From the NCBI GenBank assembly GCA_900128585.1, contig LT642180.1, positions 1 through 40,821 on the forward strand: a stretch of 40,821 nt of DNA. The letters run 5' to 3'. A program made the translations under genes and the position numbers. The notes under the pieces were generated by a model. The model was not told the origin of the DNA. It did not search any database and saw nothing but the letters and a program-made list of their open reading frames with translations. Below are positions 30,664 to 40,821 of the stretch, in pieces (position 1 is the first letter of the stretch; each line of letters starts with the position of its first letter). The DNA is from Stramenopiles sp. TOSAG23-3. Lineage: Eukaryota.

Positions 30664-32090
30664 GATACCGTGTGGTTTATTGTTCTTCCTCAAAAACTGC
30701 CACAGAATTCTTACCAATCTAATTCTTAACACTTCCCTCTACCATTCGCGTAAGTCTTTCATCCCTTTATCCTTGCCCCATAGATTCTTCGTTCATGCAC
30801 AGTGTCGACGTCCATCACAATCAATAAAAGAACGAAACTAGAGCTTCTTCGAGTGCGGATGATATTATAGATACTGTGTTTATGTTAAAATTTAATAGAG
30901 AGAGGATCATTATTATTACAATTATTAATATTACAGCATGATAAATTCGTTACATTAGTATGATTTTATGACTTAGTAAGTGCATAAATATTTATTTTAA
31001 ACTACATCCTTTTAATTGTACTAAGAGTTAATCACGATTCTTCTGCTTTACGTTTAAATATGAATTGTACTAAAATATCTAATTAGATATAATACGTAGA
31101 CGATAAACGACGGCTTGACAAAGAAATGAAAAAAAAAGAGATAGGGGTCCCCCCTTCATTTGCCTGTACCTGGTACCTGTGCCTGTACTGTGTAAATTAT
31201 ATATTTATTTTTTCTTCTTCTGATCGGTTACAAATAGATCTTTTATTTATAGAATTTATTCTATTGTATTCTATCGTTCCTATTAATTACTATGATTTTG
31301 TTTTTCGTTCAAGTTGACAACGCTGTGTGTATATATATATTACTCTGTGGTTTGTTCGGTTCTGTTGATAAAAATTGTTTCAATTTTGTGAATATATCAG
31401 CTATTTATTAACCCTATTTTTAAACATGCATACAATTCTATTATCTCGAGAAGAATCTTCTTTTCTCAAAAAAAAATAATAATAATAATAGAGTTTTATC
31501 CGTTCACCCCATCCAAATGCTGTACCTATGTAAAATGTAAACGAATTAAATTGACACTTATCTCTCCTCGTATTCCGATTATTAGCTGACGACAGTGCTG
31601 TGCTGCCTGCCTCTTCTATCTACCTAAAAAAACAACCCTTCTTTCCTTCTTGTTTTGCTTCTCTTTTTTTTTCTTTTGTTGAGCTCTTCTTCTTCTTTCT
31701 TCTTCTTCTATTATATTATTTTTTTATTCTTTCTTCCTCCACATTCCATCATAATTTTATTATAATTATCATCTCTTTCAACAAATTTCACGCTTAATAT
31801 AATATCTTGAATATAATAAAAAATGGTGCATTACAATCATGGAAGGTTTTCTAGTTGTGGTTTGTCATTACGAAAAACTTAGAAAGCTTAAGTAAGTGGT
31901 GCATTGACAGTAAAAAAGGTTATTTTTAATTTGTATCGCTGTTGTTCTTTCGTGCAAGGTTGCAGAGAGTTTCTAAGCGACCCACTTCACACTTGCGCCC
32001 AGGTAGTTGCGAGAGTGCGACATCGTTTCCTCCTCTCGCGAACGTGAACGGAAGAGTGCGCTTTTGGAGAGTATTTAGAATAGTATCAAA

Positions 32091-33185
32091 ATGCGTATGT
32101 CTGCCCCAAAAAAGAACGGGAGGCCGGAAGATATTATCACGGATCGTGCAGGTGGGTTGGACCTGTACAAGGAATCAGAGTCAACAAAGTGGAGGCATAT
32201 GATAAAGAAAGATGCCGCTATTGATTTGAATAACATTCGGTCTCACATTCGTAGGTTCCGAAACACTCAGCTGATCTCTGATTCGGATTTGTTGATTCAC
32301 GATGCAACTTTATCAAAACCAGCAGCGATGAACGAAGCAGTTTTGGCAGGTGGCAAAGACGCCAAAGTTTTCCCAAAACTTGGGTTAGGTCCAGTAATCC
32401 CAAAGTCTATCAATGCACTAACCCCAGAAGAATTTGAAAAGACCAAAAACTCAATTGGGGGGATTAAAGTAGTCAAAGGCGACAAAATTTCTCAAAAACA
32501 CTTGAAGGCTCGCCTGAAGCGTATGGAAAAAACGCTCAAAATAGTCAGAAAGGAAAGAAAACTGGCAGAAAATGAGCTTAATGGTCTCCAACGTCATTTA
32601 AACTTGCCCATGTCGCCTTCTGCGAACATTTCAGCACCGCCTTCTGGGAGAATAGAAGTTGGGAAAAAGGGAAACATGAATAAAAGTATTAGCACTCCAC
32701 AACTGACAGGAAGATCAAACGCTTTATCAATTACGTCTGCTAGGAAACAAATAATGTCAGCCAGATCAAATGTTTCCAGACGCTCCAACACACCAAATGC
32801 TTCAAACCGTTCGCGACGCTCTTCAAAGAGCAAGCCTCAATACAAAGAGGTAAAGGTTTGGAATAAGAGAACCAAGGTGTGGGAGCCGAAAAAGAGAAAG
32901 ATGGGAAAGTTTGGTTTGCCAGATACTTCAGAATCTTTTCGTAGCCAAAACATCGGGAATCTTTTCATTTCTCCAGATTCTAGGGGAATGACCACCACGA
33001 ATCAAATTGGACTAGTTGCTATTACCGATCTGATCAGACGTGGAGTCGTCGATCCGAACTTGTACTTAAAAATTGACATGCACCAGAAAGACTCTCGGTG
33101 CCCGAAGATTATGTCGCCGATAACAAAGTTTGCAGAACATGCAGTCAGAAATAGATTAAAACCTTTTGCGCTTGGAAGAGGGTAG
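32091..33185 (+). CDS. Hypothetical basic protein with short coiled coil
   Basis: 364-aa ORF with coding-like composition; no family recognised. Confidence 0.7.
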   Translation: MRMSAPKKNGRPEDIITDRAGGLDLYKESESTKWRHMIKKDAAIDLNNIRSHIRRFRNTQLISDSDLLIHDATLSKPAAMNEAVLAGGKDAKVFPKLGLGPVIPKSINALTPEEFEKTKNSIGGIKVVKGDKISQKHLKARLKRMEKTLKIVRKERKLAENELNGLQRHLNLPMSPSANISAPPSGRIEVGKKGNMNKSISTPQLTGRSNALSITSARKQIMSARSNVSRRSNTPNASNRSRRSSKSKPQYKEVKVWNKRTKVWEPKKRKMGKFGLPDTSESFRSQNIGNLFISPDSRGMTTTNQIGLVAITDLIRRGVVDPNLYLKIDMHQKDSRCPKIMSPITKFAEHAVRNRLKPFALGRG

Positions 33186-33489
33186 GCAAACATTATTGAA
33201 TGCAACAAGCGTAGAACGAAAAAGATCTCTATGCAAAAAACAGTTTTTCTAAAATGCATCATGATATACCATCTAAATCTAATATAATTTCGGAAAAAAA
33301 ACAAGTTTTATATGATATCATATAAGTATGTACGTTTTACTGAGAGATATGAAAAAAAACAAATTATATTGTATGCTTTAAGACTCTCATTTTATATTAG
33401 CATTAGTTTTTTTATATAATATGTTTTTTCTTCATATGTTTTCTATAAACTTCTAAAATTCCGTCTCGTTCCAAATATAAACCTACGGA

Positions 33490-33530
33490 TATAACAGCCA
33501 ATTTTCTTGTTTTTATAATTTGTTTTTTTT
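33490..33530 (+). repeat. Micro-element copy with T-rich tail, flanked by 12-bp direct repeat
   Basis: tataacagccaattttcttgtttttataatttgtttttttt between taaacctacgga copies (33478-33489 / 33531-33542). Confidence 0.9.
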
Positions 33531-33535
33531 TAAAC

Positions 33536-35401
33536 CTACGGACTTAAACTTTTACTTTGTAAAGTTGCTGGAGTCACACTTCCGCTCTTAAGAATCATGG
33601 GCAGGTTTTTAGTTTGCCCCTGCTCTCCACTAAATTTCATAGTTGGGTATAATTTTGACAATGTCTCCACAGAGTGCTCTATTTGACGATTCAGAGAGGA
33701 GTTTAGCTTCGGTCTTGGTTGATAAAGAGGTTTTCGGGTTACCATTTGCGTCTCGTTCGATTTCTTACTATTGTTGCTGCTTGGTTTCGGGCTCACTACC
33801 GAGTCCTTGGCTCGGTTCGACGATTTGTTGTACAGGACAGCGCCATCATCTCCAGTACGTTTACCCATTTTGCTCGAGCAATTATTTTTCTTTTTTCGGA
33901 ATCCTCCTTTACGGAATCTTCGGCTTTTCCGTATAGTCGATTTTCTCAGGTCTGCCTGTTTCTTTCTAATTTCGGCTCCCTTTTTTCTGACAGATTCTTC
34001 CGCTTTTTTTTGTCGTTTTAGAACTCGAGCATTGCCGGCTGTTGAGGGGCGCAAATTTCGCAATGCAGACAAGGGGGACCCTGCAGCAGTGGGTGTCGCT
34101 TTCGGAGTCTTTGGCCGCGATTCCTTGAGTAGCTTTATCGGAGATGAATAATGATACAGGGGGTTTCTACAAATTATGGGTTGGACAACGGGTTTCGGCT
34201 TAAAGTGTCCCGGTACTGTGGGAACGAGTCGATTTTTTTTTGCCATCAGTAGCAATCGGTAGCGGTAGTACTCGATGTTTTCCGCAAACGGTGGGAGCGT
34301 TAATCCGTCCCTTCGGACCACACGCTTTACACGGTCATGTTCGTCCATTGCAATTTTTCCACAAAAGAGCAATGCGATATCAATGCTAATAATGTTTTGG
34401 AGAATGTTGACAGCTCCTTCAAAGTAACACTGCGCCTTTCCATCACCACCAGGCTCGCTGGTGTCTTTCAGCCCACGTTTGGCGTTCACACAGAATTTCC
34501 AGCGTCTATCGGGGTCGGAAACGTATTTTTCCAGCATGTTGAAGAGTTCCCGAAACGAATGCTCTTTTGCTTTTGCAGACACAAAATATGTCACAGCATG
34601 CTGAGTCAATAGTTGTCCTGGGGTTACCAATGTATCGTTTATCGTCGCGAAGCCTTCTTCAGTTTGGGTGTCTGCACGCGTTTCCCCAGGCCTTCTCAAT
34701 TTGAAACGGGACCTCCCGAAATTCCAGGGCTGAACCTCCTCGTTGATTCTTCGTACTAGGTGAGTTCCTATTTCGTGCACCGCAAAACTTCTCAAACGGA
34801 CTGGGTTGCGCGGCAATCTAGTGGATACATACAAATAGTGTTTACTTGCAGAGGTATTGGACTTGTCAAAATATTCGTCTGTGCATTTGAACCGCGCATA
34901 GCTAACAGATTTCCTGTTTATAAAAGTACCACTGTTATGCATATCAGCAAACTTTATTTCGCAGTAGCTATCTACCCGTGTTTTGGCCATGTAATCGTTG
35001 AGATAAGCGGACGTCTGCTCTAGAGACCATTCGATATCGTCTTCTGAGCCTTTTTCAGGAAGGTTTCCTTCCAACACATTGCCCTCACCATATCGTTCAA
35101 TTGCGGCCTCCAAAATTCCAATAGCCTCAGGGAGTTTGTCCTGCTGCTGTTCGTGTATCTTCTTCTTAAACATGTCCTTGATTGTCTTCTGCGATATCTT
35201 ATACTCAAATTGTGGGTTGTAGTCATCCGATGCCTCAAACTTCTTAAGTTCTTCTTTAATGTTCTTTGCCAGCAGTTTATGCCTCGGGGCATACGATGAA
35301 GTCTTCACCTTTGGTATTTTCGGAGATTTGTCCGACACATAGTCGTCCGCATAGTCCGCAACATCGTCCGACAAGTCCCACAAATCGCACTCCCGGCACA
35401 T
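33536..35401 (-). CDS. MATCAP: MATCAP/KIAA0895-family microtubule-associated tyrosine carboxypeptidase-like metallopeptidase
   Basis: YNPQFEY, HEIGTH (HExxxH), TEEGFA, SFRELF, RWKFCVNAKRGLKDTSEPGG, QCYFEGA, GKIAMDE; basic C-terminal tail. Confidence 0.85.
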   Translation of the reverse strand: MCRECDLWDLSDDVADYADDYVSDKSPKIPKVKTSSYAPRHKLLAKNIKEELKKFEASDDYNPQFEYKISQKTIKDMFKKKIHEQQQDKLPEAIGILEAAIERYGEGNVLEGNLPEKGSEDDIEWSLEQTSAYLNDYMAKTRVDSYCEIKFADMHNSGTFINRKSVSYARFKCTDEYFDKSNTSASKHYLYVSTRLPRNPVRLRSFAVHEIGTHLVRRINEEVQPWNFGRSRFKLRRPGETRADTQTEEGFATINDTLVTPGQLLTQHAVTYFVSAKAKEHSFRELFNMLEKYVSDPDRRWKFCVNAKRGLKDTSEPGGDGKAQCYFEGAVNILQNIISIDIALLFCGKIAMDEHDRVKRVVRRDGLTLPPFAENIEYYRYRLLLMAKKNRLVPTVPGHFKPKPVVQPIICRNPLYHYSSPIKLLKESRPKTPKATPTAAGSPLSALRNLRPSTAGNARVLKRQKKAEESVRKKGAEIRKKQADLRKSTIRKSRRFRKGGFRKKKNNCSSKMGKRTGDDGAVLYNKSSNRAKDSVVSPKPSSNNSKKSNETQMVTRKPLYQPRPKLNSSLNRQIEHSVETLSKLYPTMKFSGEQGQTKNLPMILKSGSVTPATLQSKSLSP

Positions 35402-35978
35402 CGTTAAAACTCAGTTGTTCTTCGCTATTATCCGAGCTGTCGAACTCCCTGGGTTGCACTTCCTCACTGCACACCTCTGATGAACTTTGAAAAATAACAT
35501 TCTCTCCAATGAATAGCTGTCACGAAACATAAACTTCTTTGCAATAAAACAAACAGCGCCGACTCAATCTTTTTAGGAAGACGAATAAAGTCCGCGAAAA
35601 AATAATAAAAAAATGTTTGTAGTATATAATTATAGTATAGTAGATATTATTATGATGTCCCTCCTACATCCTACAACATACAACAAGAAGAACAGGTAAA
35701 ACAGCAGAGCAGCAAAAAAGAAGGGGAAATAAAAAGAAAAAGGAAGAAGAAGGACTTGGTGGATGCTGATGCTGTGTAATATTATACTAAATATTTTATT
35801 AAGGGGCGGGGGGGGGAGGGAATGAGTTTAACGGAATAATATATATATTAATATAGGTATAAAAGTACGGTATAGTATACGAGGACTACTATACTAAATT
35901 ACAATAGCAGAATACAGGAAACAGGAAGCTTTTTTATTTTTTTCATCAAAATTATATTATTATTATTATCGAGAAGAT

Positions 35979-38900
35979 TCAATGTTCGTACACCATACAG
36001 GTTCCAGACTTTGTGCCAATAGCTAAAGATTTACCCTCGTTGCCTACCCCAATTGCGGTGATGGGAGAGCCTTTTGTAGGCACCATAAATTCGAAAGTCT
36101 CTACCAACCCGCTCCCACCGTTACTATTCCAAACCTTAATGACGCCACCGGCGCAGCCTGTAACGACGAAGCTAGAATATGTGTCGAGGCAGAGAATGGA
36201 ATGCGACAGTCCGACGGAATACAGCACCGACCAGCCTGCATTTTCGTCGTGGATTGTAAGGCTCGCTTCACACGCACATATGAAGCGCTGATTTGAATAC
36301 CACTTAATATCTACTACTGGACTTTTGTTTTCAAAAAAAGCAAACGCCGGGCTACCATCTCCGTCCAACAAGTCATTGACCGCTAGGGTACCGTCGTTTC
36401 CCCCGGAAACAAAGATGTTCTTCCGCATTGCGACTGTTCTTCCGCATTGCGACACAATTGACTTCCGAGTCGTGATCATAGCCAGTAAAGACTGGGTTCA
36501 CATCTAAACCCTTCGACTCCAGCTTCCATACTTTCACAGTCGAATCCCACGACCCCGTGCAAACGTATTCACCGCTGTAAGCCAGACACGACACAGCGTC
36601 ATCGTGAGCATTTAACTGCTGGATCATCAAGCCCATTTCGACCGAGTACACGTACACGCTGTTGTCCCAAGACCCTACAACGATCACCTCTTTATTTTCA
36701 ACGTTAATTTTAGCGCATGACGACAGGGACAGGTTGCTTAAACGTATACTTCTTCGTTGGTTCCACGAAGAACTTTCTGTCTCGTATTCATGCAGTTTAA
36801 GCGTTGTGTCCTCGGAAGTCGTGAAGATGGACGTTTTTGTCTCGTCTATTCGAGAAATGCCCGTCAGTATCGAAGTTATTGCGCTCCGATGCATTGTCTT
36901 CTGACCGAAGACATCGTCGGCACTCTCGTCTCCAGTTAGAGCTCTTTCCAGTCTTTTCATGGTATTCCATTCCGTGGAAAATTTCGGGTTTTCGGGTTTT
37001 ACATTTCGTGAGCTAAGATCACCTGCCACATCCAAGCCACCGGCTCTTTCAGGCGTCGAACGGGTTGGAATGTCCCGGCTGGCAGCCGCGGCTGGCGGGG
37101 GCACCGGTTTCGAGGGCGCCGTGTGAAACGGGTTCTTGGGGTTGACAGCCGGCTTTACAGTGTCTGCTTGACTCGGCGCCACAACCTTATCATACATCGG
37201 AGGCGGCGGACCAGCTACTTCAGGCTTTCTTTCTTCCACCGCCTCTTTCAGCGGCTCCATAACGGCCCCGTTTCGTGACGGGTGCGGCTCCTTGAAGATC
37301 TGTTTTGGGGTTTGCCCAAATTCACTAATCTGATCTTCAATTGACGACCGCTCCCTGGGATCTTCAATGTTTTCTAAGTCTACGGCTCCCTCGTAGGTAA
37401 GGTGGTAAAATAAATTGTTCGCTTTCTCAGCTTCTTCGCCTCGCTGCCGGTATCCAAAAATGAGGTCAATCCACGAATGCAGATGCTCAGATACATATTC
37501 CGACTCAAGCGCCTCCCTAAACTTGGTTATCAATTCCTCGGGGGTTTTCGCCCAGGGCGGCAATTCAACATCATGTAGCCTTTTCCCATTTTGCCTCGTA
37601 CCCATCTTTAGCTCCTGATAATTTCTCAAAAATTCACCAGAGTACAGGCTAGAGGTGTCGTAAAATTCAGGAATAAGTTCTTTCAAGTCTGCAGGATTGC
37701 TCATAACACTGTCCCACGCCTTCCCTATGCTAAAAAACATACGGTCCGGGGCATCAAACATTCCATTCTGCAAGCACAGCATGTACTCGGGGGCAACACG
37801 AACGAGGTAGAAAAGGACATACCCTGGTGTGGAATAGTGTGTCCCATATAAAAACGGCGGGGGTATCCCTTCCGGCAATGGTCGGCCAGGTTTGGCCCTT
37901 GGCATGTCCTGAAATCGTTGTCGAAAGTGAGACAGGCGTTTGGGCGACAGGGCACCAATTGGTTTGGACAGATCTCTATAAGTGTTTGGATCGTCTAGAT
38001 CAAGCGACGCACTCTTGTAATCCCGAACCACCCAGGGGAAAACCGGGTACTGTGTCAAATCATTCACTGAACGGTCTGCATACGTGTTCAGGAACAAAAG
38101 GTACGTGTAGTTGTCTATTTCTCTCCTCTGCCAAGCACGGGTCTTCTCACGCAGCAGGAACTGGTCGTCGCCCGAGCTCAGGCCCGCCGCGTTTCCCGCA
38201 GCCTTCATCAACACGTCCGCGACCATATCGCGCTCAAAGCTGGAAGAAAACGCCAGAAATATACTGCTTCGTTCGTTGTCGTAGAATATTTCCATGCCAT
38301 TCTGCTGGAGCATATGGCGCCGTTTGTGCACGTGGTTGATGGTTCGGATAGCACATCGAAAGACGGGTTCGCCGACATTGTTCAGCTGCGCAGGTTGCAC
38401 GTACAAGTACTTTGAGGTCACCATCAAGCACCCAGGAGTTTTGACCAGGGGGAGCACGCGATCGACGTAGCACGCACTTTTCAGCAGAGGTCTTTCTGAA
38501 AAATCGGCGAGAAGGCTGTTGTCGAATTTTGTCGGAATTCGGTTTCTCAGCAAGGGCTCGAGCACTTTCTTTTCTTCCCAACGGGATCGGGAGTGTTGAC
38601 ATGCCTCCCACAACTGCTGCAGCTGACCAGACACGACTTGGTCCACCCTTGTATGCACTAGCGCAAACAGGCGGTTTTGCATATTCTGGACTTCCCCGGC
38701 CGCTCCGGAGGTGCCGTCCTTCGACCGCTTTGCACCTGATATCCCGCCACTTCCCCCGACGGACGTGTAAGGCCCATGCGTGCCATCCTCGCGCATTCTA
38801 GTCTCGGTGCTGCACGCAATAGTAAAAAGGTCCCCTCCAAGCTCGCGCGCCGTACCGTCGTTCCCACGGTAGTGCAGGGATGGGCAGTTCGGCATATCGC

Positions 38901-39141
38901 GGAACCGGTAACGTGTCACTGGCACGGATATATCGTCGGGATCGAACATTATGGATTTTGTGCATATCTTCAGCCGCCCTCTCACTTTCGAACTGAGTAA
39001 AATCCTCAGCTGCGGCATACCCCCAGGAGGCACGACACACATATTTGCGGAGAAATCATCGAGAAAAAATTCCCCGTCCTCCAGAAGCAACAGGTCAAAT
39101 CGGCCACGTTTATCCCGCTGCGACACAGACTTTTTGAACAT
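35979..39141 (-). CDS. NSMAF: FAN/NSMAF-like PH-BEACH-WD40 protein, frameshifted at a 19-bp tandem duplication (36416-36453)
   Basis: RFDLLLLEDGEFF N-terminus; BEACH motifs RSVNDLTQYPVFPW, YGTHYSTPG, KELIPEFY, FGQTPKQIF; WD40 repeats continue in ORF 35979-36479. Removing one duplicate copy gives a continuous 1047-aa ORF. Confidence 0.85.
36416..36453. repeat. Exact 19-bp tandem duplication within CDS
   Basis: tgttcttccgcattgcgac x2 (36416-36434, 36435-36453). Confidence 0.95.
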
Positions 39142-40078
39142 GCTTCTTCAACTTTTTCTGCAGCACGCACGCAAGCTAATTAAATAAACGCAAACGAGTG
39201 TATCAGAACGATGGAACAGAGTAAAAAATATCAACGTCCAAATTTAAAAAAAAATGTTTGTACGGATGACAGACATTGCACGTACAATTAATTATTTTAT
39301 TTGAATGAATTGAATGAATTGAATGAATTAATTAATTTTTTTAAAATTATTTTTTATTAAAAAATTAAATCTCCTACTACTAGACTATATTAAATTATAC
39401 TCGTCGAAGAATATAATAAGGAAGTACGAAGTACGAAGAACAACAGTGTACGGTAGTGTGGCCAATATTAATATAATAATAAAATACGCAATGTATTATT
39501 CCAATTATTGCGCCGCCCCCCCCGCGGCCATAATAAATGGAGGAGGAGGAGGAGGATCGATCTAACTGGACTAACTCTTCTAATTTAAAATAAAAAATGA
39601 AGATCTTCTCGTAATTCGAATGTAGTAAAATATTTACTACTCGTACTAGTCTAGTCAGTTCTAATAAGTGTATAATAATGTAATAGTAAAGATATACATA
39701 GAAATACAAGAGTATTAAATTAGAAAAAGCCATCTACTTTACTTCTATACTTGTAATAACATGTATGTATTTAATTTTTTTGTATATCTATCTATTAAAA
39801 AAGGAATATAGTTGTATTATGAATAATGATAGTGAATGTATTTATTTATATAGGATTATGTCTGAATGAGGCCGCCAGCCGCAAGAATTGATTATTCTAG
39901 TTGTTTTGTATATGAAAAATAAATAATTATAAATAACGGTAAAATTATAAAAGACATTGACCATTGTAAATTTTGTTTCAAGTTTAACACTAATAAATGA
40001 ATTGAAATTAGTGCGTGGAAAAAGGTACTAGTTCTTTCATTGCTTTAATTGAGAACACAAGCGATTGCGAAAATTATC

Positions 40079-40642
40079 ATGTCGGACGAAGAAAACAACG
40101 AACGAGGGGGGGGGGCTGGCCGGAAGAAGGTCCGGCGGCAGTCGCAGGTCATGTCATTTAGAGCGAAAATACAGGTCGCCAAGAAAAATAACGCGAAATC
40201 AAACCTGGATGAAAATCAAGTCGAAGAATTTAAAGAAGCATTTAAAGTGTTTGATGAGGACAATGGGGGTTCAATTGATGACGAAGAGTTTACGAATTTA
40301 ATCGGTATGCTTGGTTACAATTTTACTGAGGACGAAATCGCAAACATATTTAACGCGGTCGACGAAGCTGGAGAGGAGGAAATCCTATTTGACGACTTCT
40401 TGACGTTGATGGTAGTGCTGATGGCGAGTGACAACGATGCAATCATGATGGAAAATGCTTTTTCATCTCTAGACAAAAGCAACACAGGAAAAATACCCAT
40501 TAAGCATGTCGATAAAATTTTGAGATCGTTGGGCGAGCAGCTGACGCACAGGGAATTGAAGTACTTTCTGAAGCTAGTCGATCCGCTTGATAACGGATAC
40601 GTCACTTTGGCCGACATTGAAAGGATGGTAGAGCACGAATAA
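40079..40642 (+). CDS. Calmodulin/centrin-like EF-hand protein
   Basis: EEFKEAFKVFDEDNGGSID, VDEAGEEEILFDDFL, AFSSLDKSNTGKI, LRSLGEQLT, VDPLDNGYV; ATG at 40079. Confidence 0.88.
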   Translation: MSDEENNERGGGAGRKKVRRQSQVMSFRAKIQVAKKNNAKSNLDENQVEEFKEAFKVFDEDNGGSIDDEEFTNLIGMLGYNFTEDEIANIFNAVDEAGEEEILFDDFLTLMVVLMASDNDAIMMENAFSSLDKSNTGKIPIKHVDKILRSLGEQLTHRELKYFLKLVDPLDNGYVTLADIERMVEHE

Positions 40643-40821
40643 ATTTATGAGTCTCTGTGTCGGAAGAAAGAAACTATGAAGACGTTACGTGTAGGTGTTA
40701 AAGTTTTAAAAAGGACGTAAACATGTATCAGAGAAATAATAAGATACGATATCGTAGGAACGACAAAGGAGGTACCGACCGACTTTAAGTGATATGAATT
40801 TTAGCAGTTGCAAAATTAGAT

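Noticed and set aside
35411-35530. 39-codon upstream ORF in frame with MATCAP, separated by a TGA (possible Sec or readthrough)
   Set aside because: No recognisable homology in the extension, no SECIS identified, and other genes here use TGA as a normal stop.
35979-36479. 166-aa WD40 ORF as an independent gene
   Set aside because: It is the out-of-frame continuation of the BEACH protein after the 19-bp duplication.
2114-39187. Many 60-170 aa ORFs antisense to or overlapping the main genes
   Set aside because: Shadow ORFs of GC-richer coding sequence, with no recognisable domains.

Overview
Gene-dense eukaryotic DNA, probably from a unicellular and likely flagellated protist (inferred from gene content). 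It holds 21 apparently intron-free genes separated by AT-rich, microsatellite-laden spacers, and 16 of 20 neighbouring pairs switch strand. Recognisable products are V-ATPase D, an SPFH protein, a myristoylated EF-hand protein, an ER-type GH18, a 2OG-Fe(II) dioxygenase, IQ proteins, an ankyrin protein, Sec66, RPA3, TSR1, a FANCF-like protein, a motor-less MyTH4-FERM protein, a MATCAP-like tubulin carboxypeptidase, a FAN/NSMAF-like BEACH-WD40 protein (frameshifted by an exact 19-bp tandem duplication) and a calmodulin/centrin-like protein. The main unexplained signal is non-coding: a ~22-26 bp unit (AAATAACAGCCAATTTTCTTGTTTTT) in 10 copies, all between convergent gene 3' ends. Several copies are flanked by 7-15 bp target-site-like duplications, and there is one empty/filled site pair (33352-33394 vs 8730-8801). 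This suggests a templated micro-insertion process acting at convergent termination zones. No encoding enzyme, tRNA, rRNA or CRISPR array was seen. All family calls are from motif recognition, not database searches.
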